A DNA stretch of 64,000 nt from Mobula hypostoma (GCF_963921235.1 NC_086097.1:147252001-147316000), one strand, 5' to 3'; counted from the stretch's first letter, positions 12,216-26,086 are shown. Numbers and translations are program-made. The notes: generated by a model not told the origin, from the sequence alone.

Positions 12216-13747
12216 GCAACACACATAAAAGTTGCTGGCAGCAGGCCAGGCAGCATCTCTAGGAAGAGGTACAGTCGACGTTTCGGGCCGAGACTCTTCG
12301 TCAGGACTAACTGAAAGAAGAGTTAGTAAGAGATTTGAAAGTGGAAGGGGAAGGGGGAGATCCAAAATGCTAGGAGAAGACAGGAGGGGGAGGGATGGAG
12401 CTAAGAGCTGGAAAGTTGATTGGCAAAAGGGATATGAGAGGATCATGGGGCGGGAGGCCGAGGGAGAAAGAAAGGGGGACGGGCAAAGCCCAGAGGATGG
12501 GCAAGGGGTATAGTGAGAGGGACAGAGGAAGAAAAAGGAGAGAGAGATAAAGAGTATATATACATATATATATATATTTATAACAATAAATAATGGACGA
12601 CTGCATTGGCGCTGCTTCCTGCACGTGTGCCGAGCTCGTTCACTTCATTAACTTTGCCTCCAACTTTCACCCTGCCCTCAAGTTTACCTGGTCCATTTCT
12701 GACACCTCCCTCCCCTTTCTAGATCTTTCTGTCTCTATCTCTGGAGACAGCTTATCCACTGATATCTGCTACAAGCCTATGGACTCTCACAGCTATCTGG
12801 ACTATTCCTCTTCTCACCCTGTCTCTTGCAAAAATGCCATCCCCTTCTCGCAATTCCTCCATCTCCGCTGCATCTGCTCTCAGGATGAGGCTTTACATTC
12901 CAGGACAAAGGAGATGCTACACATTCCCTTACACTTCCTCCCTCACTACCATTCAGGGTCCCAGACAGTCCTTCCAGGTGAGGCGACACTTCACTTGTGA
13001 GTCAGCTGGGGTGATATACTGCTTCCGGTGCTCCTGATACGGCCTCCTATATATTGGTGAGATCTGGCGCAGACTGGGAGACCGTTTCGCTGAACACCTA
13101 CGCTCTGTCCGCCAGAGAAAGCAGGATCTCCCAGTGGCCACACATTTTAATTCCACGTCCCATTCCCATTCTGATATATCTATCCACAGCCTCCTCTACT
13201 GTAAAGATGAAGCCACACTCAGGTTGGGGGAACAATACCTTATATTCCGTCTGGGTAGCCTCCAACCTGATGGCATGAACATTGACTTCTCTAACTTCCG
13301 TTAATGCCCCTCCTCCCCCTCGTACCCCATCCGTTATTTATTTATTTTATATATATATTTATATATTCTTTTTCTCTCGCTCTTTTTTCTCCCTCTGTCC
13401 CTCTCACTATACCCCTTGCCCATCCTCTGGGCTTCATCCCTCCCCCTTTCTTTCTTCCTAGGCCTCCCGTCCCATGATTCTCTCATATCCCTTTTGCCAA
13501 TCAACTGTCCAGCTCTTAGCTCCATCCCTCCCCCTCCTGTCTTCTCCTATCATTTTGGATCTCCCCTTCCCCCTCCCACTTTCAAATCTCTTACTAGCTC
13601 TTCTTTCAGTTAGTCCTCACGAAGGGTCTCGGCTCGAAACGTCGACTGTACCTCTTCCTAGAGGTCCTGCCTGGCCTGCTGCGTTCACCAGCAACTTTGA
13701 TGTGTGTTGCTTGAAATTCCAGCATCTGCAGATTTCCTGGTGTTTGC
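12216..13747 (+). mobile_element. Penelope-like element (internally deleted RT + GIY-YIG endonuclease) with inverted terminal copy
   Basis: RT C-terminal peptides (DDCIGAAS..FHPALKFTW..LPFLDL..YKP.DSHSYLDYSSSHP) and GIY-YIG (VIYC.RCS..GLLYIGE). 12216-about 12592 is the reverse complement of about 13334-13711. 14-bp TSD ATTTTTCCTATCAA at 12202-12215 and 13748-13761. Confidence 0.9.
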
Positions 13748-14151
13748 ATTTTTCCTATCAAAGTACCTTTGCCTGATTACAGTCAAAACGTGAGACAGGA
13801 TGAACTTCTCTTGAAAGGGCAGTGGGCTAAGTCACTGACACAAGAGTGAGAAAAAGCATTTCACAGACATCCAGCAATCAGACAAGTCTAGGGTGAAGAC
13901 TCAAATTTAGGAGTAAAGGTGGGAGAGGGGTGCATAGTTTGTTATATAAATCATATAGTTAGCGGCAAGATTTGCATTATAAAAAAATTCGGCAGGATGT
14001 AAGGAATTGTGAACAGGCCCAGTATACATGGAAACAGACTTCACTTGAGTGATAACCCTCAACCAATGCTTGAAGCCAAGTAAGGAGAACTATACAGAAA
14101 AGCAACACCAGGTTAAAGGAAAATGCAGATAATTATTGATGTTATATTTCT

Positions 14152-14509
14152 TTCTTTCTTTTTTTTTAAATTTTATTTTTATTTGGATAAGGAGTTCACA
14201 ATTATCATGTACTTTTTTCACACATATAACCTTTTCCATTTTTTATATGTATAAAACTACAATTATTTATACATTCTTAAGTACACATTGAGATGATATA
14301 AAAGCAAAATAAACATTTAAATAGATAATTATGTACTGTGGTAAATCTAACCTATTAGGCTAAGTAATGAAATTAGTTGTTAAGAAAAATGGTAATAATA
14401 GTTTCCATACAACCCTTCTGGACCATTTCCACTGGTCCAAAATGTTGCATACAAGCCTATATACCAACCATTGTAGGTGTTTATATCCCAATTTGTTCGT
14501 GCTTGTTCC
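14152..14509 (-). mobile_element. 5'-truncated L1 3'UTR copy (same family as 50256-57087)
   Basis: Nearly identical to about 50256-50608 with a poly-T on the plus strand. TSD TGTTATATTTCT at 14140-14151 and 14510-14521. Confidence 0.9.
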
Positions 14510-14519
14510 TGTTATATTT

Positions 14520-16900
14520 CTAAGCATAATGAACCATTAAGTTAGCGTTTTTGTGAGCTTTGTCTGGTTTTATCTCATTAGGTTGGATTTAGGAATCATA
14601 TGATTATTAGGGAGATCGTAGATAACTACCTACAGATTTTTGGTGCCCATGCACCAGGTGGCATCCATGGGCCCGTAGATCAGTACATGGGATCGTTAAA
14701 TGATAATGCAGCTGCATCCTACTCCTAAAAGGATTTGGTGAATGGGAAGAAATTTTTCTGGATAACAGTGGTGTGGTAGTCGCATTTTGGCAGAGAACAA
14801 TTTAATCAACAAGGGAACATCAGTAATGCAGAGAAAGGTTGCAGAGGAAGACTGGGGTGATGAAGGATTTTTAAAAGAGTTGTTAGAGGATAGATAAGAA
14901 AGAGATGGCAGGGAAAGAATGGAGGTAAGTAAATGCAGGTAAATGCAGAAAGAAAGGAATGCAAAAGAAGTAGTGTGTCTGAATTGTGGTGACTCAAACA
15001 ATGAAGTCCATGAGCTACACAGGAAGCTTGAAGCAGGTTCTGATTATTCAGTGTGTGAGCAAGAGATTGAACAGCTTCAGTAGAATCACAGAGGCAGAAA
15101 TATATTGATGATTCCTTGAAAGGGGTGCAACATGTGGTGCAGGAATTCAGAAAAGGAAACTATGGAACGCAATGAGAAAGATGTTGGCAGCATATGGCAA
15201 GATGCCCAGGAAGAGACATAAAACAACTCCAGTGGTAATGATGAAACTTACACTTCTCTGGTAGTAAAAGAAGTAAGAAGCAATTTTGGAATCCTCTAAT
15301 GGGGAGAAGATATAGAAGGATGTTTTTTTTGTGAGTGGAAATAATGCCTGTGATATAGGTTTTGATAAATCTGAGGAAGAGAAGATTCTATTTTTCATTC
15401 TGGTGGAGCAGTTCTGTTGAACTCTCAGTGACTTGGAACAAGTTAAACAGTGAGTTAGGGAAGAGATCACCCACTTAAGGTCATGGCACAAAATATTCAG
15501 GGAAAGAAGGAATATCTACAAGAATTTTATAGAAGTTTATGACATGTTTACAAAGCAAAAAAAAAGCAGAGATAGATTAGAATCAATTGCCAGAAGGTGA
15601 TCTTTGACAATCCACAGAACCTATTCTAATGTAACCGTGGCAAGACTAGATTTATAAGGACACAAGTTTGACAGAAAGCTTGAGCTGAGGAGGCTGATTG
15701 TACTTTGGACAAGAAGTTGGTCAAGTGGGATAAGAACCAAAAGGAGGGAATAAAATAAATTAAATCATTCACAGGAAAAGAACCAGCCCCTAAAGAGGGC
15801 ATCAGAGGCAGTGGTAATATGAAGGAACCAGCTTAGAAGGACTTCCAAGTGCAGGGAATGATAAAACTGCAGTGCTTTGCTATTTGTCTTGGGATTACTG
15901 TGTGCTAAGGATAAGTACATAGAAAGGTTCTTGGGAACAGAGGATCTAAGGATCTAATAGTCCGACTGGCCCAAGGTGTGGTGAAGGTAAGCTAGAGAAA
16001 AATGCAATCCCATCTAAACAAGATAGAGAGAAATCTAAATGAGAAACCTCTTCATCCTTTGGGCAATGAAGGAGCAGTAATGTCTCTTGCGCCCATCCAG
16101 TTGAGACAACCATAGAAGAATGAGCATAGATTTAATAGTCAGAAAGAAGACAGGGAATATCTGTTTGAAATAGAGGCAACAGATACATGTGAAGAATTTG
16201 CAGAATTCCAGTTAGTGGCAAACCCTATGTTTAGGAGAATTTCCAGGGCAAAAAAAGATCTTGCTGGTGCAGTATCAAAGCTCTTCCATGTACAAATGGT
16301 ACCACCTGCAACAGAGTGGGCACACTAACAAAACAGCATGAGGAGAGAGGAACATTGGGATCAGACTGGATGAAAGCAAATAGCTTGTTCCCAGCTTAGA
16401 TTGATCATTACATGTGGGAGGGCTTTGTAAGGTTATGTGTTCTGCTGGTTGGCCAAAGAAAGGTGTATGGTTTCAGGGGAGGGAAGCACTCATGAAAAAA
16501 AGGGAGTGGGGTAAAAGCTGTTAAAGAGGAGGAAAGGACAACAGTTTCCCAATGAAGAGAATCATATAAGAATAATAGGAATAAAGATAGTTGCTTGGGG
16601 CAGGTATCAAAGAAAACTCATCGAAAGTGATATAATTTCATTTTCCTTTAAAATTATATAATTAACTTTAATTAAAATAATTAAAATTATAAAAAATATA
16701 ATTTTCCTTTAAAATAAAGACTATCATGGGCTTTAAGGCCTCTGGTATACAAAAACACACTAACGTGTCTATTTATGAAGGATTGCAATGATTGGAGGAC
16801 AGTACATAAGAGGATTTCGGCTTGTGTCCGAGAGTCACCATTATGGTCAAATTAATTAACAGTATAGCATATTCCATGAAATATAAGATAGCTCTGCTGA
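14520..16900 (+). mobile_element. Possible ancient, heavily decayed LINE (L1/Tx1-like)
   Basis: Purine-rich strand with only faint motifs, e.g. KIN....PLKRGI.Q-like at about 15755-15810. No open frame. Confidence 0.3.
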
Positions 16901-17719
16901 GCTTTGGTCACCTCGGCAGGGGACAAAAAGAGTAAACAATTAAGATCACCTTTGAAGGGCAGTAGTACATCTGGTTATGTCTACAACTTGGATTCCATAA
17001 TGGTCTATCAGTTCTCCAACAGTGTATAGATAGAGCATTGTTTGGAAGGATTTGCTGGGATAGTCTCACAGAAAATGCTGAGAAATAAAGGGGATTGACA
17101 AAGAGTTGCTGCAGCTCATTTCAGGATGTGGACTAAAGGTAAACGCTAAAATGGTTCCCATAAGACAAAAGAGGCCCATCTCAGTGCAACTAAACTGAAA
17201 GAAAGTTTCACTTTTAAATTTTCTTAAAGTCTCATTGGAGATTTCTGTAGGAATAACCAGAACTTTGCATACATTAAAACAGAAATTAGCTAAATGACAC
17301 AGCATAGAAGAGTGCTTTACGTTCAAGGAAAAGATACAATCAGCTCAACTATGCGAATAATGAAATAATTTTGGACTGGAATGTGCAGCTACAGAAGTTT
17401 GTTTGCAAACCGTATTGTTATAATTGGTACTTGGGAATCTTAGCTTGGTAGAACTGTCTTCTCAGACATGAACTCAAAAGAAATAATATATTTATCAAGT
17501 GAAGAACATCAATTAGTACCTACTGGATGATTATGCATTTTACAGTTCCCCTGAAAATTGGGTAGCAACCCGACATGATTCTTGATGTAAGGACGGGGTT
17601 CTGCCCAGCCCCACTTTCGGTAGGTGCACTGTGTCATTAGGATCATATGAAATGAAGGTGTAATTACTGAATCATCCAAGCCCTGTAAATTATTTGGGAA
17701 AGGTGAGGAAAACAGGCTC

Positions 17720-18600
17720 AGTATCAGAATCGGGTTTACTTTCACTGAAATACAGTATGTCATGAAATTTGTTGTTTTGTAGCAGCAGTACAGTGCAAGT
17801 CATAAACCATGGATTATAATAAAAATAAATAAATAATGCAAATAACAAGGAAGTGTTCATGGGTTCATGGACCATTTAAAAATCTGACGGAGGAGGGGAA
17901 GAATTTGTTGCTGAAACATTGAGTGTAAGTCTCCTCGCTGATGGTAGTAATGAGAAGAAGACATACCCTGACTGGTGAGTGTCCTTAATGACTGAGGCAG
18001 CACTGTTTGGAGATGTCCTTGATAGTGGGTTGGCTTGTACCAGTGGTAGAGGAGACTGAGTCTGCAACTCTGCAAGTACCTTCAAGCTTGTGCATTGGAG
18101 ATTCCGTACCACACAATGATGCAACCAACCTGAATGCTCACCTTGGTACATCAGTAAAAATTCCCTCGAATTTCCTCAAACTCCTAACAATATAGAACCA
18201 TTGTTGTGCCTTCTTCATGATTGCGTCAATGTGTTGGGACCAGGACAAATGCTCAAAGATGTAGACACCCAGGAACTTAAAGCGGCTCACTCTTTCCACT
18301 GCTGAGCCCTTAATGAAGATTGGTATGTTTTCTCCCAACTTTCCCTTCTTGAAGCCGTCAATCAATTCCTTGGTCCTGCCGATGCCTAGTGCAAGGTTGT
18401 TGTTGGGACACCACTCAACCAGTTGACTTACCTCATCCTGTACACCTCCTCCTCAATCTTTTGTGATTCCGCCAGCAACAGTGATATCACTGGAAAATTT
18501 ATGGATGGCATTTCCCTAGAGTAGAGAGACTAGTGCAGCTGGCTAAGCATACATCTCTGAGGTGCACCTGTGTTGATTGTCAGAAAGGAGGAGACATAAT
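17720..18600 (-). mobile_element. Rex/Babar-type LINE RT fragment and 3' end
   Basis: Minus-strand ORFs: INTGAPQ.C.LS, PIFIKGSAVERVSRFKFLGVYI..HLSWSQHIDAIMKKAQQ, SVIKDTHQSGY.FFSLLPS.RR. Tail AATCGGGTTTACT. Confidence 0.85.
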
Positions 18601-18764
18601 TACAGTAGGGGAGATGCTGGAAACAGAAGGAAGATTTTTGAAGTGCAATCACCCAGAGGGAAGTGATGTTATAAAAAATAGGGTTAAAATATATACTAAA
18701 AGGGTTAAAAGCAGATGGGATATGGAATTTGGAAACCAAGTAATAAAAAAAGCAATATTTTAAT

Positions 18765-19318
18765 ACCATAAGGCAGGAGCAAAATTAAGTCATTCAGTCC
18801 ATCCTGTCTGCTCTACCATTCAATCACGGCTAATTTATTTTCCCTCTTAACCTTATTCTCCTGGTTTCTTCCTATAGCTTTTGACACCATAACCAATTTT
18901 ATATCTATCAACCTCCACTTTAAATATTCCAAATGACTTGGCCTCCATAACCATCTGTAGAAATGAAGTCCACAGACTCACCACCCTCTAGCTAAAGAAA
19001 TTCCTCCACATGCCTGTTTTAAAAGGATGTTGTTTTATTCTGAGTCTGTGTCCTCTGGTCCTAGACTCCCCCACAAAAGAAAACATCCTCTCCATGTCCA
19101 ATCTATCTAGGCTTTTTAATATTTGATAGGTTCCAATCAGATTCTCTCTCATTCTTCTAAACTACTGAGATTACAAACCCACAGCCATCAAACATTCCTC
19201 AGGCAGTATGTTAACCCTGCTCACGAATCTCGGCTGGACTCCCTCCAATGCCAGCACATCCGTTCTTAGATATAGGGCACAAAACTACTCACTGTACTCC
19301 AAATGTGATCTGATCACA
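18765..19318 (-). mobile_element. CR1 LINE 3' fragment
   Basis: Reverse complement of the CR1 3' region seen at 41800-42640. Confidence 0.85.
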
Positions 19319-21274
19319 TCAATGTCAGGATGTAAACCCTCAGCACATCCCTCGTTGAAATGGCTGTATTATCTGAGTGAGAAGCAAGTAGTATTACCTG
19401 CGGTTGCATTTGAGAATCTCCCTTAATTCCGAAAAATCAAGGATGTATATCAACTATGCGAAACACCATTTAAGAGGATGGTGATGCAAGTGGTTAGGAG
19501 CAATGAAGGGAAAAAGCCCAATTTCCAACACAAAGCAAAAATGCACAGTAAAACTGCAAATGAAATGAAAATGCAATTATCTTGTTAAAGGAGGTGCCAT
19601 GGAGGCTGTGCTTTGAGACCTTGTGCAAGCTGCATCAGGAAGAGCAGTGGTAGCAGCAGCTGAACCAGTAAGAGCGATGGCCATAGGGAAGCAAAGGATG
19701 CAGATTCAGTACTCAGGAAGGCATTAGACACGCTGGAAAAGGGGGATTTTTTTGAAAAACCACATGAGTTAATGACAGGGAGACCCATGAGAATTCCAAT
19801 CCACATATTAGTACCTGTTGAAAGAAAAAGATAAAAGTAACTGCAGAAAAATTGCTGGAAACATTGGCCGAAATGTCAAACCATTTGGATAAATTTGAAG
19901 TTACATAAACCACAAGAGAGGAACAATAGGGATTGGGTGAAAGTAAGGCAATTTTCATTCATAGATATGTGTGACCTGCTGTTTAAGAAACTGTACAATA
20001 GTGTGTTAAATGCTTGCCCAATAGTGCCGATGGTACAATTACCCAAGGGGGTAAAATTGGTTTCATGTGAATAAAATTAAACCATATAAATTCAAATGAA
20101 ACACAAAGAGTGAATGAAATATGGTGGACAATGGAAAAGTATAATATATTATATACTGTATATAATCTTGTGAGACTCAGCAAGAGCCAGTGAGACTGAT
20201 AGAAAAAAACTGGTGGCAGAGGGCCAAACAAGAAGATACAGGTAACAAGATTGAAAATGCCAGAGTGGAGTCTCAAGCAACTGCATATGCTGGAACCTGG
20301 AATGAAAAAAATAAACCACTGGAAGAACTCAGTGGGTTAAGCAGCATCTTGGGATGGTAGACATTATGGGTCGAGACCCTGATTCAGTACTGATATAACT
20401 TGCAAGTTTGCAACTACTGTTGAAATTGCAGCAACAACTGCCAAAGGATTCCACCCTTTGCCAGGCAGAAAAGTGATGGTGACCTGTAGTTAGAAAGGAG
20501 ACTTGTTCCAGATGTAATGACATTCATCAATCATTCTACACACACACCTGTTCCTGCAATCAATCATTCTACACACACACTGTGCCAAACTTACTAGATG
20601 GAAGTTCATGGCAAATTTAGAGCTGGAAATAAGGGAATTCTACCCAAGCAATATCTGCACAGGGAATGAAATTCACAGAGGAGGTCACCTACACAATACC
20701 GTTACTACTATGGAGAAGGCAGAGGTAATTTGTACAGGGTGGTTCCTGAATACACTAAACAATTCACATCATTTGGCAAAGTTTGGGTTGGAAGACTACC
20801 ATTCACTAGAAGAAATGTCCTTGCAAGTACTCTGAAATCACACTTGGAAACACTATAAAATACGCAATGAAATCTTTGAAAGATGCCTACACTAGATTCA
20901 CTGGATAAAAGATACATGTGCACATTAAATCTGGTGCCAACCCACAAAAAGCACATCTTGACTGGAGCCAAATGGAAAAGCAAACTGGTTAAAACGAAAA
21001 ACAGTGAAAATGAATCACAGTGAACTGTAAATCCCAACCATGATAGTCCCTGAGGCTGACAAGACAACTGGATTATCAAACAACTACATGTGAGCAGCCA
21101 ATCGGGCAGTCAATGATGAGTAGTAATACTCACTGCTGACATCTCAACATCTGTATGCAGACTTGCCAGAAGCCGAGATTTTCATTGTTAATTTTTTCCC
21201 AATTTGATACTGATGAACAGAGCAATCAGTAACTCAGCATAACTGCACATAAATATCTGAACACTTCTACCATA

Positions 21275-21700
21275 TTCAAAGTTCAAAGTTCATTTACTAT
21301 CAGTATGTATAAATTATACAACCCTGAGATTTATCTGCTTACAGGCAGCCACAAAACAAGAAACACAAAATAACCTAATTAAAATAAAAATCAACACCTA
21401 ATGTGCAGAGAAAGAGAAAAAAAAAACACAAATCATGCAAACAATAGAAGCAAGCAAAAACATTCCAAATTGAGTCCATACATCTGATTCCCCAGAGCAG
21501 CCAGAGTAGGCCCAAGCCTCAGTCTCGGGTCATCGTATAGTGGGGCAAATTGCCATGAAGCATGCAGACACGAAGCACAGCAGCCAGAGCAGTTCACAGC
21601 TTCAGCACCACGGAGAGAGGAATAAACATCGCGGGAGAGTAGGCGAAATTGGCCTGACTCTCACCTCAGGTCCCAATACCTTGCCTTTCAAACTCTCACT
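21275..21700 (-). mobile_element. LINE-tailed non-autonomous repeat
   Basis: Starts TTCAAAGTTCAAAGTTCATTTACTATC...ATACAACCCTGAGATT, the same tail as 33995 and 36795. Non-coding body. Confidence 0.5.
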
Positions 21701-23412
21701 GGTCAAACTCCTGCCTATGTAAAAGAACAATCTTCTCTCCACTACAGCTAATACAGAAAATAACCTATGGAATATGGAGGAAGTTCATAAAAGCCACCAC
21801 CACTTAAATTCCAACTTTCTTCCTTCCATAGCAGCCTCCAGAATGAAGAAATGGGCAGTTTTGTGGGTATAGGAATTGTATACTTTTCCAAACAAAACAC
21901 TATTGTAAATGCTTTACTCAAATTGACACCTGAAGATTCTGATGCTGCTAATGAAAGCACAATTTTCATATTCCTAGCATGGATAATGACATTGTTCTTC
22001 AGGATTTGAGGTATTGGTGATATGAAAACCAAGTGCTAAGCCTGTTTTGACAAACCTTTTTTGGTTTTACTTCATTTAAAACAAATGTTGCAAGCTTGTT
22101 TGTACATTCCAAGAACAGAGTGGTTCTAATAATTCCATCAATAGAAATTTCAAACTTCTAATACATTAATTCTCAAGGCAATGTATTGATCCAATGACTC
22201 ACAGCTGCAGAAGTTTCTCTGGTGATACCTCAGGCTATGCCTATATGAACATAAATGCAGCACTTGTAACGGTTGTAATACAGCTTCTATATTACAAGAA
22301 CGTTGGAAGTAAGAGCATGGGATAGATATTCCCAATATTCTGAAAACATGGATTTAGATTAATTACTTTCAGTACATACCAGAATTGTAAACATGAACTC
22401 TTTCTGAAGTTTCACATCTTAACCATGTATTGATAAAATTTTATATTGGTGACAATATGCATTTAGCCACTGTGCCAGCAACATCACTATTACAGACAAA
22501 AGAGGAAAACACCTGGAAAAACTGCCAAAGAGAATTAGTTTATGATTTGGGTCTTCAACCTTTCCACAGATGTTGCCTGACCTGCTGAGTTTTCTAGCAC
22601 CTGATGTTTTCCACATTTACAGCTTTTGCATTAAAAAAATTATTACAGACATAGATGTCCCAGAAACAGCAATCAAACAGCAAGTGTCAATTTCCACCAA
22701 TCTTCTAAAGCAGAAAGCCAGAAAAATACCATGGGTAGTTCTAACCTTATGTAATATATAGCACGGACTTGATGGTATTCACAGTTCTGATGAGAGTACA
22801 TTGAGCTCCATACTTGACCATAGAATACAGAATAAGAAACAACACTACTGCACTGTGAAGAGGGAAGGTTGAAGCATTGATTTCTACTGATACATAAACA
22901 TGAGGTCACTTTGGTCTCTCATAACCATAGGAGAGTAATAATAGTGAGATTCTAAAACAGCAATACAAAACAACAGAGATGAATAGGTTAAATATAAGCT
23001 CCAGTGGGAAGTCTTCCTGAAGTAATTGGGCTAAATAGTTTGCGCAAGTTACCAACACGGAAATAACTTTTCTCCCATGGGAACTTTCTCAACAACCAAA
23101 TGCTTTGCGCTTGATTCCACTTTTCTTCATGTGATGATCTGATAGTTGAGATTAGTTCATTTCCAGCTGCTTTAGTACTAGACACACTTGTTATTCTGGG
23201 ACAAACGTCAGTTATACATCCAACATTCCTTGAGAATGCATTACCGAGTAGCCTAGAGAACTGGCCAAAGTCCATTTTACTTCAGTTGCAAATATGAAAA
23301 AAGTGAATAAAGATACCAATAATGCCAAGGATGGGTTCCACAAACCAATAAACTTTACAAGGAAGGCAAATCTGTTCTAAACTCCTGGGATAGAATCAAA
23401 GAGTATTTGAAG

Positions 23413-23413
<1 letters not shown>

Positions 23414-23450
<37 letters not shown>

Positions 23451-23452
23451 GT
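23414..23452. repeat. (TG)n microsatellite
   Basis: Directly visible. Confidence 0.95.
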
Positions 23453-23751
23453 CTATAAGAGAGAAAGAAAGAGAGAAGGAAATCTAAAATTTATAGAAAA
23501 CTATCCTCAATATGCATGCTTAGCATGCAGTCAAGCATTGAATATGCATTTTCCTCCATCTCTATTGACTTCTAATGGAATTAAATTTTGTGAATGCCAT
23601 GTTGAAAACCAGTAATGGAATATGTTGATGAAAGAGACTACGGATGAACTGATGAATTTTCACCACTTAATTTCAACAGAAATCAAAGAGGTCTATTTGT
23701 ATTTTGTAGGATGACTGGTACATTGTGTCCCTTTAAAAAAAGAAAAGTTTT

Positions 23752-23869
23752 TTTTCTTTTCATAAGAACACACTTCTATTTTTTATAATAGTTCATTATA
23801 ATTTGAGAGAGAAGTTCATGGAATAGATTATTATAATAATAGCAGATATGTGTTCTTATGAAAAGAAAA
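23752..23869. repeat. Inverted repeat / hairpin
   Basis: TTTTCTTTTCATAAGAACACA ... TGTGTTCTTATGAAAAGAAAA is a perfect 21-bp inverted pair that extends imperfectly inward. Confidence 0.85.
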
Positions 23870-24489
23870 TCTCTGACCCCAATCTAAACAGGCTTCATCA
23901 CAAAATATTCTGAATACAGCACTGCACTAAAGTTTTAAGCTCATATGTATAGTTTATCTGTCTAAGACTCTTACAAGGTACTGCAGTAATTTTATCTATT
24001 GCACTGTACTGATGCCACAAAAAAATCATGAGATATGTGAGTGATGATAAACCTGATTCTGATATGGGTCCGTATTGTGGACTGGGAGTGGGAAGAGGGC
24101 AGGAAGAGGGGAATCATGTTTGGGAAAAGGAGTAGGGAGAGAAGAGAGAGCAGGAAGCATCAGTGAGACATTCTGTAAAGATCAATAAACTGATTATTCG
24201 GAATCAAATGGCCTTACCTGGTGTCCGAGGATTGGATGTGTCCCCACCCACACTACCCCTCGCCTCCAGCATTCCTTCTCCACCACCTGTCTCACACTCC
24301 TCCTGTGGCATTCCCACTCACTATTCCCAACATTTTTTTGCTCCCGCCAGATTGACAAACTCACTCTCTGCTTCACGTTGACAAATACAATGTTGCGCAG
24401 AATTCATATGCACATTAGCTACAAGTCTTAGATTTTTGCACAGTGCTGTACACCTGTCTTATTTCAGATGTTGTATCAAAATTCTGATT

Positions 24490-25068
24490 TGATGGAGGCA
24501 GACGTGAGAGTATGGAGGAACATCTGGAGAAACTTCTGAAATGCCCGCTTCGCTGCCACTGCTACTGTGTGGTAACCAGAATCTCTGGAGCAGAAGGCCC
24601 CGAATCCTCGGCTTTGCTTGTTTCAGTGGCCGGGGCTAGGTCGAAGGCGCTCAGCAGAGGATGGCGCTCTGGAGGCTGTATCGGAGGGGCTGGTCAGAGG
24701 CTCGAATTTTCAGATGGACGGACTCGGTGTCGGCTGTAGTCGGCTGCTTCCAATGCATCGGCAGTTGTCGGTGCCTGGAGGTTTATGGCAGGGAGTTTCT
24801 CCCTTTTGCCGCCTGCTATCAGGGACTCGGGAGTCGATCGGGACTTGAGACTTTTTTTTACCATGTCCATGGTCTGTTCTTTATCAAATTATGGTATTGT
24901 TTTGCACGACTGTAACTATATGTTATAATTATGTGGTTCTGGCAGTGTTAGTCTTTGGTTTGTCCTGTTTTCTGTGATATCACTCTGGAGGAACATTGTA
25001 TCATTTCTTAATGCATGTATGCATTTCTAAATGACAATAAAAGAGGACTGAGTGTTCTCATAATCTAA
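24490..25068 (+). mobile_element. 5'-truncated copy of a CpG-rich non-autonomous retroelement (relative of 57921-58525)
   Basis: Shares GAGGAACATCTGGAGAAA..TCTGAAA, ATCAA.TTATGGTATTGT, TTTGTCCTGT..TTGTGATATCAC..GGAGGAA and the AAATGACAAT tail with the 57921 copy. Confidence 0.7.
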
Positions 25069-26086
25069 AAGTGGAAAATGCTAGATTTCTGGCAGGTACC
25101 ATTTTAGTTCTGTTAGATGACTGTTACTACACAGGTATACTATCTTTTGCCAAGAATCTAAGCCTAAGAGAGATGTGGTAGATGGAATAAGAAAATTGTG
25201 GTGTCTTGGAGTCTTAAAAGCATTCATGATTATGTAGTGATGCAAGTTATGATCTGATACTCATGCATTATAGAGGTTCAATCATTACATAAATAAACGT
25301 AAATTCATTTGGAACTTCTCTTCATCACACTTCCAGCCTTGAAACATCAGCATTAGTACAAAAGTAGATATTTGTTATATATTTTTTCTAGAATTTTCTA
25401 AATAACTTTCTGATAAAGGAAATAAACTTTTGGTTAAAAAATGGTGAAAGAGAGAGAAAAAAAATTAGAGGATTTTGAATGTGAAACAGGTTAAAATTTT
25501 ATACAGGTATTGATTCAATTTAAACTATCAATAAAAATAGTAATTGTACTAATTAATTCATTGTTTTACAACAATAGAAGGAAAGAGGAACAGCACACAA
25601 TGCACATTGCTTTACCAGTTCTTGATCTTTGCACTGAAAGATGCTCACTGCTAATTGAAACCAAAATTCTGATTAACTTGGGAAGCAGATTCTTGAGTGT
25701 TATAATTTAGTATGCATAGGATAGAGATTTGCATTATTTGAGGATACTTACTCACAACAAAGCACTGTACGAATACATAAGCAAATAACTGATCTTTTTC
25801 ACTTAGAACTCATGACAATCTGCTGAATGTGGAATAATTCACAAGCAGGGAAGCATGAAATAGTTGATATGACTGTTCTGACACCTTTATTTCAAATTTT
25901 CTAAAGCATCTACGAGTTTGTTTTTTGTTTTCTGTTTATAGTTGAACAGTTTCTGTCTTTCCTTAAATTTATTTGATTTATGTTTTAAGTAATGAGGAAG
26001 AAAACTTACATTTTGAAGGTGTTCTTTTGCTTAGAATACTTCATTTTATATGTATTTTTTACTGTATTATTGAACAGACTTGTATA

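Noticed and set aside
12232..13776. Numerous short overlapping ORFs as novel small proteins
   Set aside because: They are alternative-frame or antisense translations of Penelope low-complexity termini and recur in every copy.
16640..16716. AT-rich quasi-palindrome with repeated TTTTCCTTTAAAAT
   Set aside because: Low-complexity sequence with no supportable function.
20523..20583. Tandem duplication ATCAATCATTCTACACACACAC x2 as a functional or CRISPR-like repeat
   Set aside because: Only two units in eukaryotic DNA; most likely a slippage duplication.
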